A program made the position numbers and the translations under genes. The notes under the pieces are model-generated. The model did no database searches, had not been told where the DNA came from, and worked only from the letters and a program-made list of their open reading frames with translations. A stretch of DNA of 64,000 nucleotides from the NCBI GenBank assembly GCA_051294905.1, contig CM119385.1, positions 21,204,001-21,268,000 of the forward strand. Reading direction: 5' to 3'. Every line of letters starts with the position of its first letter. Position 1 is the stretch's first letter. Positions 53,801 to 64,000 of the stretch are shown in pieces. This stretch comes from Botryllus schlosseri (taxonomy: Eukaryota).

Positions 53801-56800
53801 TAGCTTCTTGGAGGTACAGAACTTCAATGTAGAATTGATTAGTATATTAAAAACTAGTCAGGGGTAATCATCAACAACTGGTAGAGAATTGGAATTAACA
53901 TGGTATTTCAACAATCGTATCACCATTGATATAAGTGCCACTGTCAATCGAAATATTCCGGTTTATTTCAATATAAATAATAAATATACAATTCATTAGT
54001 CAATGTGTACCACAGTTAGTCAGTTTTAAATATGTTATGAACAGATATGTAATGCCAACCAAAATTAGCTTTCTCGGCAGACAGTTGGGAAGCTGAGGGT
54101 TTGATTACATAGCCTTCTCGCTCTCGGCCAGCTGGTCAGCTAGGATATTCATGCCTGAATGGTTTTAAGGTATTTTGGCGCTCGATATGGTTTGAAAGGA
54201 AACCGATTTTGAGACATCTGGGTAACGAGTGCTTGCTGGTCAAAGGCTGTTTGAGAAATGAAAAAAAATGAGACAATAGCCAGCGCTCACCCTACTAGTG
54301 CACTACTATTGAATCGTAATTGAAGAATAAAGCTTTTGAGTACCTGTATAGCTGTATTGTTGAGTATGTAAAGTATTCTTGATTGTAAATAAGATATCTA
54401 TATCAATCTAATCGAAATGACCATACTGTATCTTCATCTCTGATGTTCTAGCTAGAGTTTGGTAAGAATGTTATGTCATCCTTGATAAGCTCTGTTTGTT
54501 TGACTTTCCTCTATCACTCTATTATTAGCAACCACTCGTTCCACGCCCATGAGTTCAAAAATTGGGGTTAACAATGGCAGAGTGCGTTGTTATGCGTGAA
54601 GCGTGAACGGCGCTTGTGGTAACCAAATAATTGAATAGGAGAGAATGTCTAATAGCTCCCTCGAACTGTATGTTGAGTTAGCGGTCTTTCTGGTAAATAT
54701 TTACTGCACGATTGTTGTTGATATTAGGGTACCAATGTTGGATTGGAGATGTGTTGTTTGCTTCGAACCATTTCTGGTAATGGCCATGTATTGTGTCCTG
54801 ATTAAGGGATTTGCAAGATCGAGTTACAGTATGATTTGAGTATCACTAGTTAATATCATAACAGTGTGAAAGATTATGTATCTTTAATGTAACTGAAAAC
54901 AATATAATGCTAGTTTTACATCATATTGAAGATAATTTGGTGTTTTTCCGACCATTCCTATTTCATTGAACTTGATGACAATGATCGAGGGTTGATCACA
55001 ACCTAACAAATAGGTCATTTCCGCTGATATGCATAGCTTCATACTACTTGTTGTATGATCGATCGGGGTTTCAAGGCTCCCGTAGTGGATAACACACTAT
55101 CATAACTATAATTTTCAACGATAAAGTTACCCTGATTGGCAAATTTCAGTACTCGAAAGAGTCATCTCTTTCTCCGTGACTCGATTCAGTATTTTGTGTA
55201 CACTGGTACCCAGCCCGAGTCCTGATGGTTGGTGCCTGACACAAAACCATCCTTTTCGCAGCATCTACACTTAATCTCTGATACAATGGATGGATAGTTA
55301 TATGATGTCATGTTTTCAGAGTCATCCCAAATACCTGAAATGTATCGCTGCTACGTGCCTGTACATCGCAAGCAAAATTATGGAAGAGGAAGAGGTTGGT
55401 TTGATTGGTTGTCTTTTAGTGGATCAATTGCTGATGTTGACTTGCCACACTTTAGCACATACCGGGAGCGTTGGAACTGGTGGAAGTAAGCCAGGCTGGC
55501 TGCCGACCCGGTGACGTCATAAGGATGGAAAAGATCATTTCGTCCAAATTGAATTGGGATTTTCACATTCCAACTGCTCTCACATATATGGAAATAGTAA
55601 GTGTGCTAGTTGATATACAATATTCTTTCCAATTTTCTACTGACGATCACCCCTGACGAGTGTCAGCCGAAAATATTCCGGTTTATCTCAATATGAATAT
55701 ACTATTCAATAGTACGTGTTCTCAATCACAACGAGGTCGTTTGAAGTCATGTCTTTGCTACTGGCGCTTTTTAATTGCTGCGGTATTTTGTGGTGTTCGT
55801 TCGGAAGCCGTTTCGCATTTTAAATTCGATTGATTGCCGGCAACTTCCTGATCAAACATTCCGGCTGTACGCATAACAAAAGGAAGTTGATAGTGAGTTT
55901 GCATGACAGTACAACACATTTAATATTATGTCCACTGCAGTGGATTGTTCATACTTTTGCTAATGTAAAATCTTGTACAACTCAAGATAAAGATAGGATT
56001 TGTTTTGATTGGAATTTGTTGAAACTGCTATTTCCTGAAAACCACTCTCTGCGACTATGAGGTTCTTAGTAAATTGAAAAAATTACCCGTGATTTTCTGA
56101 CTAACTGCAACTACCATGTTGTGTAGTATATATCGAATCGTTTTTCATGCCGTATTTGCTGCCAAACGGTCTATCACCAGCTTAAAAATCGGGAGTTTTG
56201 GGCGGGCTAAATTCAACTACACGATTAATCCAAAATATTTCCGATTTCAATTCGATTCATATGGAAATATTGATCGAACTTATAACGGAACAATTCATGC
56301 TATGCCAGGGTGATAACTCTGTAGAAATTCCAAGTCGTATTCATTGAGAGGATAAAATTTCCCCTCAAAAAGGCCCATGTACTTCATTGTGCGTAGCGAG
56401 TCCTTGAAACTTCCGCAATTCTCGGTTCACAGGCGTTTGCATATTGTGTAACACTCCACACTCAAACATCTGTTGGCTAATAAATCTGTTCTTCATTGAT
56501 TTATCAGTTTGTTAGAAAACTCATTGCTGTGTAATAAACATCTAGAAAAGTGTAGTTGACTATTTTCCAAATGAACCTTGTGTGGTGTAAACGTCATGGC
56601 TTGGGATGGGCAAAATGAATCACTGATACGAAACCGTTCAAATGGGCTAACCGCATTGTTGGCAAAGCAATTTTAATTGAAAGGTCTCAAATACAGTTTG
56701 GTCTATAATTGGTGGCTGACTTGCATTACGCTATCTCTTGCTCGGATCAATTTCAGCTTGAAGTAATATCGCGGAATAGCACTTAAATTGTGTTTAGGCT

Positions 56801-59800
56801 GAGATGCCCTCTCCGAAAGATGAATGATTAACATGAACATATGCCGATGACCATCTGACAGAAACTATTCTAGAAAATTAATATGGTTGCTAGGATATAT
56901 GAAGTATTTTGATGATTCCTTAGAATAGGAAGGTTTTCTTTACTCTCCCTCCAATCAGGCGGGTAAATATGCCCTGCAATAAAATATAATTGAACTATGG
57001 CGATTCTGATGTGGATCCTGGATCTGTGTTGACTGTAATTCGATTTTGCCCCAGGCGCAGTAAGACTTTTGTCCTATGTTGTCCAATGATCCATTTTGTT
57101 GAATTAGATGGTTATTTCAAATTACTGCTCATTTTCCAATTTTCCGCTCAATTAACCTGCTGTCACAGAGATTTTGAATTGATTCACGCTTGATTAGATC
57201 TTTGTATATTCAACTTTCGTGCCATGTCTCAAGTTCTATTGTAAGAAGTTGCCTTGCCTCATTTTTATGACACTGCCAAGGTTTTGCTTACTTCAGCTGT
57301 TCTAGCGGGGTTGTGATGACTCTAGTCGCGATTTATGAAGACTCGACTTGACTCGAGTCATTTTTTCAAATGCGTAAAATGACTTCGACTCGACTCATTG
57401 TGCATGACTCGAACCCAAGTCATATGACCCGAGACTAGGGCGGTCAAGACACTTTATTGTAACTTCATGCACTAGTAAAATTAACACATTCTTGGTATTT
57501 CGTCTGTCAGTCCTGATACTCGGAAAATAGGGCCAGAGACTGTTGAAACTGATGAAAATTGCGATATTATGAATGCGAGCCATTCTATATCACTCCAGCA
57601 GAGTTGGAAAAAAGTGGGTTGAACCGCATTACACTGAAAACTGAGCGGTGAACACAATGAAAATGACATCGACTCGGACTCGAGTCTTAAGCACGATGGC
57701 TAGGACAAAGTTCTATGGAAATGAGATGAAACATGTTGATTCTGTACCTTTAAGCCCAAAACTGGTCTTCTAGCATAAACGGTTGTCAAAGATATGGCAA
57801 AACTAGCTATTTTCGGGTCCTTGGGTCAAATTGCATGACCACTAAAGAGCGCAGGAACCTGAAATCACGATAGAGAAGTGTTTAATCTGATTCAATCAAT
57901 CAATCATTTATTTGTCACACCAGTGAAAATCCGGTACGGACCAGGATGACGACGAGGGGCCGCAAGGCCTTAGTACACGGTCGCCCGGGACCACATATCA
58001 ACAACAGTTTTTGAAATTCGGATTTTTTCATTTTTCACTCCACCTTATAGAAGCTGTTGCTACAAAGTTACTATTTGCTATTCAGTTTTACTTCCTCGCA
58101 TTCCTGGACGGCATAACGGTGGCCGCCGCTTCTCCGGAGAACGGCTTCACCGAGAAGATCTACTCGCTGACAAAGCAACTCCGAGAACTGACCGAAGAAC
58201 TGCAGCGCGTCGTTTGCAGTTATTCGATTGCTCCCTTTCGTAATGCGACCGTCGCCCTCGCTCTGCTGTCGTTGAGGGCTGATAAGTTGCCGGAAAAAGC
58301 GGATTTTCCGTCGATAGTTGGCAGACTGCTCAAGAAAATGATGGTGCGTAACGTACTCGTTGGTTAAGATTAGAATCAAAAGTTAGGGGTGGTCAGTAAT
58401 GAAGTACATCTATGTCTTTTAAGTACTCGAGTATATTTTATCTTCTTTCGCCACTAGAGTCCATATCACTACTGCAGAACACTCTTTTAGTATTTATACT
58501 CTTAATTTTGTCCAATACAAAGTGGTTTTGTGAGTGAAATCATCGTAGTAACTGATGGAAATAGCCTCGGTATCACTATAACTGAATATCTCTACAGTTT
58601 ACTGCTAAAGGTTTGCTAGCCCTTGACCAAATTTGTTCTTGATTACTTTTCGGAGCTTTGTCTTTTACTGCCTCTTGACGTAACTTTGACATAAAACAAT
58701 TTATACTTAAAGATGCAATTGATAAGAAACGCTGCCAACATGGGCTACTCGAGTGGTTATGTGTTTAGACTAATTCCGCTTTTACTCGTCAGTTTTTAGT
58801 TTTATAGGTAAAACTAGGCGAAGAAACTTACTTTTTCGTAAATCGCTGCTTCTAATTGGAAATGAGTGGCTTATGCTTCTACCCGAGTATGAATTTACCA
58901 CTTTTGACGTGTTTGATATGTTTAGATCGAACAGACAGACTTGAATAGATGCCGGTACGTTGTCGAAACTCTGCTGCCGAGCAGCTTGAAGAATTTCACG
59001 ACCTTGAACAACGCGGTGTACGTCGTGTCTACTGTGGTGTCGCAGTCTCCGGGCGGAGAACCGGCAATTCAAACTCATCAGGTGCGTTCCCCGATGCGTT
59101 GCCCTGGACTCTTTCACGCTAGATCATCGTTTTGGCTTGATTCTTAGCGCTGTGCGAGAAACAGATACAATTTGGCTGAAAATAATCAGGCGACTCGTGT
59201 GTCGGGAACTGGTGCATTTTTCGATTTTAATATAGTAGCGCCCTTTGCAATCTGAGCCCCATAGTACAGATGCGCCACATATAGAAATACCAATCTGGAA
59301 TCGTGTGCTCCTTACAAAATGAATTTGTTTCTGGTACGTTTGGAGATTCCAATATCTTTCCACCATACCGACAATCCTGATGGGAGGTCAAGAAATAACA
59401 GCTCGTGCGACGAAGTGACTAGGCCACCCGAAGATCCATCATCATTCTTAATTTGCCCAAAATTTTCGAAAATACTCCCTCCAACTCTGCCAGTGAATCT
59501 AATCACATGGGCTAAGAAAGGATAAATTTTCGATAGTAAGTTGTGAAGCTACTAATATTAATGACGAATTTCATTCATGAATCTGAACCAACTCTTCGCG
59601 CTTAATGCAGCCGGGTCTGAAACAGGGTCAGTGAACCCAGGATAAGATCCCCCGTCCTGGCCAAAGGCCGGTGTCGGTTGAAAGATCACTCCCAAGTCGT
59701 TTTGACTACTTATCTTCGATTTTATGGCAGTCTTGCAGTATTTTCAAAGTTTTGCGTTACAAATAAGGTAGTAATTTGGTATATGCTCTGTTTGTCGCAA

Positions 59801-62442
59801 GTTTCGTGTTACAAAAACGCATTGGATTGGCATGTGCTAGCCAAATTGTCGTGTGTCTATTCATTTCGACCAAAGCTCCTGAATTTATGGTCCGTTCTCG
59901 GCGTCGTTAATTCGAGCAAAAGTACATTGGTACCTTGTTTCATTGCAGAGCGCTCCGACGAAAAGAAAGGCTAACGAAACAGGCTACAGCATCAGTTCTG
60001 GGAGCAGCGTGAAAAAATTTCACCAGAACGACGAGAACGTTGTCGCGGACGAAGCGATCACAGTTTTGGCACAGGACCTCGAGCCCCGTCAAACGATGGA
60101 CACTGTGAAAAATGCGCCGGGGCCGATATCTTTGTGCCCACCCTTGCAAAAGCTGTCAAACTGCAACGCGAAGATTGGACCTAATTTGGACCATTTGACA
60201 AGGTACGTCTGATCTGGTTTCGACGGCAGATCACAATGCACTTTAATATCGAGGTTCCGAGTCACAAGTCAATTTTCACTTCACCACCGAGTCAAGTTCA
60301 AGTCCTAGAGTTCACTTTTCAAGACAGGTTCTGATACACGAGACTCGAATCAAATCATATAGAATCTCTTGAGTGGTATGACTTGGTAGAGACATACACA
60401 ATGACTCTAGTCGATACCGCCCTGATTTGTAGTGATTCGTGATTCTTGGAGGTCTGAAATATGTATTTTCAAGGCGATTATTGGGTCAAATGAAAAATAG
60501 CTGTATTTGAGATATCTCCCTGTATGTGGTTTCCTCGGCCGTGTTCTAATCTTGCGAGATTATTTTTATATTGATTAATCACGATTTTCTGATTGCTAAA
60601 GATCTGCTATGCAAAGCTTGTTGATACTCCCTCTCTAGTTCACGTTTTATCAAGTACAAAAGTCCATTATGAATTGCAACTAAGATAGAACTGCTTGCTT
60701 TTCAAAATCCGCCAACTAGAACTAGAGCCGGGTTACTTAGGACAATTTTTCAACATTTTGCTCTGTATCTTGGAATTAATAATGCCAGAGTGTGGAAGAC
60801 GTAAGTTCTGTGTTTTTCGGAGGTCATGGAGCAAAGATTAGGAATGACTAATCCAAAATCTTAATGGTCACGAATACACTTTGACACAGATGAAGCTGTC
60901 ACTTTGCAGAGCTCTAAAATCACATTTTCCACTGTCCAAAGTTACCCGTTCTGATAACATAAGAGGGGTAACTTTATACATGACGTCTTCTTGTATTGAT
61001 CTAAGGGGGAGCCTGCTGAGATTTTTGTCATGGATTAAGACAACTTTAGAGGTCTCTGACGTCAACTGTTGAATCCATGGCTCACATGCTATCAATATTT
61101 GGTTGTAAGAAGTTTGATTACCGTCAATTTTGATGGATGAAATTGACCCCCGCCATTAATTTATCAATGATGGGTTAGGTTTATCTGGTAGTGAAACGAA
61201 TCCACCTTTTATTGGTACTGTTGCCTCATGAAAAAGAATTAGACCTCCAGCGACAACACTTTTCCATCAATAACCATTGAAATGTTTTACTACTTAGTGT
61301 CCAAAGTTGCCCCCACGTTCACAGTAGTTTGAGAGTGGTTGAAATTTTGATCAAAACGGAACCAATCCATAAAGAGCAAAGTTGATGTACCCTTACTCCC
61401 TTACCTTACCCATTGAAGGACAATACATTGCAAAGTGCTGAAACGACATATGTCAGGCAGTAATCGCCTGTTTTAAAAAATATGACTGCACTTCCTAGAC
61501 ATAACGTCTGAGAAAAAACTATCGCATACTCTCACATCACTCTGTAATAGTGGCGATTATTTCGACGAATTGCGGTCTTGTTGCACTAAATTGTCGAAGT
61601 ACGCACTTCCAGGAAACGTGTCCTATTTACAATGCTTGCGGCTCGTTGGCTGCCGAGAAATCATTCCTTTTGAAATGTAACGCGCCGCATTGAATTGGAT
61701 ACAGCTATCGCTGTATGCAATTGAATAACGTAAGGTTATTCCTGGCTTGCGAGGCAGTTAACCACACGTTTCAAAATACACATTACATGGAATTTTCAAT
61801 TGTTTGGGATTTATGGTGGTTTGAAAAAGTGCAATTTCGTGCTCGTGAATCCGTGAAAAGTTTGAATTTGTAGTGCAAAAACTTTAGAATTATACTGTAA
61901 AATTATACTTTCTTTATGGCTTAAATACAGTGCGTTTTCAGAGAAGTGCATAGCCTCGCTCCTCGCACTCAGTTTAAATATTTTTCATGATAATAACCTA
62001 GCCGTTACGGGTTAAACTGGGGCTGAAAGTATTGCTGGAGTAGAATCAGTAGTATGTGAGGAATTTTACTAGGCCGAATTTTCAAAAAAAGTGTACTTCA
62101 CAAATTTATCGAGTAAGGCAGAATATGAAAGCTAAGAACAAATACAATGCAATGAGGTTATAGCAATAGTGATTTCAAGAATCTAATCTTTGCTATAGCA
62201 AGGTTGCTGATGATACGGTTATTGATATACAATGTTCTTTTCAATTCTCTACTAGTTGCTGACGATTACCCCTGACTAAAATCAGCGAAAATATCTCGGT
62301 ATATTTCAATATGAATATACTACTCAATTGTGTACCTCCACGAGAATAAAATTCACCAATTGCTGTGTTCTTTTACAGGAAACCACATTTGACTTATGCG
62401 GAGATTGTGAAGCTCGGCACCATGACGGTCTGTGAAGAGTGA
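50900..62442 (+). CDS. CCNI: Cyclin I (cyclin G/I family), 400 aa, 8 coding exons
   Basis: Exons 50900-51019, 51083-51217 (RDYAVTWM...FYPETFFLAVNNLDRFLTTVK), 55320-55394 (SHPKYLKCIAATC), 55456-55596 (VIRMEKIISSKLNWDFH), 58086-58343, 58926-59081, 59949-60202 (TKRK...SLCPPLQ), 62379-62442. Total 1203 nt, GT-AG, in frame; upstream exon donor GAG|gtaagt at 50805. Confidence 0.9.
51248..53035. mobile_element. Non-autonomous hAT element (1788 bp) in a cyclin I intron, containing a LINE 3' tail (52408-52720)
   Basis: Ends cagtggcgtag / ctacgcccctg; perfect 8 bp TSD agtgtgag (51240-51247 and 53036-53043). Confidence 0.9.
55610..55710 (+). repeat. Solo Penelope terminal-repeat remnant (one of many)
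   Basis: ctgacga(t)tacccctgacgagtgtcagccgaaaatatt-like motif; other remnants near 2000-2190, 7925-8030, 13070-13210, 15550-15655, 17710-17800, 23905-24260, 27930-28290, 35750-36100, 53800-54000 and 62210-62345. Confidence 0.8.
57890..57990 (-). mobile_element. CR1/L2-type LINE 3' tail
   Basis: Minus strand: GC-rich stem-like segment, then aataaatga and (ttga)n. Confidence 0.45.
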
Positions 62443-63339
62443 TTCTACGTTCGCTGTTCCCGAGTATTCAATCAATATTTTGCATGTTAATGTCCATGAT
62501 GATTTCTTGACTGTTTTTTCGCGCCTTTTCTTTTATTCTTGTGGATTTGCGCGTTCGCAGGTCTGTTTTTTGTTGTTACACTTGCCACCCCGAGAATGAT
62601 ATCTGGCACATTGTAAGCGATTCGTGTTTGTTGTTGGCACAGCAATATTCTATATTTTCTGGTTTTCGTAAACCCATACATAGACAATGCATATATTTGT
62701 TAGTTTCCATGATTGCTGAATACTATCTCGCTTTGAACGCTCCGATAAAATCGCTGGTAGTGTCTATAGCCGTTCAATAATAAAGGCGAGAAACTGCTCC
62801 AAAAATGTCTGCGGTAAAAAGTTGCCTAGATTGGAAGCCATAACGAAGGCGGAGATAAAGAAAGGTTACCAACAAGATTTTGTCCAAATATAGTGTTAAT
62901 ACGACCAAACACATATGCTTGGTACTTGGGTCAAAAGGCTGGATTAGTGCAATATTGAGGAGAATATCATACTTAACAATTTGTGATCACAGCAAAATAC
63001 TCGGAACTGTAATTTCCCAGCATAGTTAACTAGTTGGGATTCGGAATCGCAATACCGTTGCTGCAAGTAGTGGGAGTAGGAGACGGAGTCGCATTCTCAC
63101 GAAAACTGGGAGCAGACTGTCGGTGTAGCGATTTGAAATCTGTGGCACCACGGAAGCTTCAGCTGGTATCAGTGTTGGGATCAAGTCACGAGTCATTGCA
63201 CATTATGACTCGAGTCAAGTCCAGTTGCCTTTTCGAAGTATGAGGCATGATTACGTCATTGCATTTTGCTCGCTGTATATTAATACAGGTTGAGTGGTCA
63301 TTGATTCTGAAACGATGAACGAATATAGAGTTAAAATGT

Positions 63340-63990
63340 GCATGCAAGAAGGCGGTGCATCGCTCACATATACGTAGAACTGTTGACGTCGCTGACTCAG
63401 GAAAAGCGCTCAAGGCGAGGCGAGCAAAGGCCTGGGGCGCGGCAAGACGGCTACATAGCCTCTTCCATTAAAGTGCCTCAACCCAGCTCAAGACCCGTAT
63501 CTTCCGTGCCACTGTCGAGCAGGTTCTTCTCTACGGAATAGAGGCACCCACGCTGACAGAAAAGCTGGCTAAGACGCTCAATGCTAACTACGACGCACTA
63601 CTAGAACTACTAGAGAACAACCTTTGCATAAACGCTTCGAAATCCCAAATGCTGACAGTAAATTCAAAAAATAACCTAACCGTTAACATCGCTGGTCAGC
63701 CCTTTTCCAACACCGATAATGCCAAATATCTCGGGGTTTTACTGGACTCGAACATGTCCTGGAAGAGTCATATATTCAGTCCCTATAGACACTAATAAAT
63801 TATCACCGAAGTGCGGCCTGTTCTACAGCCTTAGGCGCTGCATGCCAGCATGGGTTCTTCTGATACTCTTTAAATCCTTGATCCAATCGAAGTTACATTA
63901 TGGAATCCTCTGTTGGGGGGCTGCCAGTAAAACTGCACTCCAGCCGCTGCAAAAACTGCAGCATAAAGTACTCCGAATCATATAGCTAGG
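63340..63990 (+). mobile_element. Decayed LINE RT sequence: RTE-like piece followed by CR1/L2-like piece
   Basis: RRAKAWGAARRL...KTRIFRATVEQVLLYG (RTE-like), then NNLCINASKSQML...AKYLGVLLDSNMSWKSHI, frameshift, KSLIQSKLHYGILCWGAASKTALQPLQKLQHKVLRII (CR1/L2-like). Confidence 0.75.
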
Positions 63991-64000
63991 GCCCCAAAGG

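Noticed and set aside
56330-57250. Possible decayed L1/Tx1-like LINE on the minus strand in a cyclin I intron
   Set aside because: Only vague similarity with many stops; I could not anchor a diagnostic motif

Overview
This is a gene-dense, transposon-rich window from an animal genome, probably an invertebrate; the species cannot be determined from the sequence. Five host genes can be rebuilt exon by exon: EFTUD2 (minus strand, runs off the left edge), an intronless FANK1 (minus) head-to-head with a two-exon WDR92/DNAAF10 (plus), a P4HB-type protein disulfide isomerase (plus) and cyclin I (plus). The most striking feature is the PDI gene. Each of its two catalytic thioredoxin domains has a pair of apparently mutually exclusive exons (WCGHC vs WCEHC, and WCEHS vs WCGHC), and the gene has two alternative ER-retention C-termini (RDEL vs KDEL). 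One locus may therefore encode both a canonical PDI and a redox-modified paralog-like isoform. Mobile DNA includes a Penelope-like retroelement whose terminal repeats carry a minimal hammerhead ribozyme motif and whose RT is split next to YVDD by a hAT element, many short inverted-arm Penelope derivatives with 12-15 bp target-site duplications (TSDs), a 3.6 kb Foldback-type element with ~1 kb tandem-repeat arms and a 9 bp TSD, a MITE containing telomere-like repeats, nested hAT MITEs and LINE fragments. All calls come from manual reading and translation; no database searches were run.
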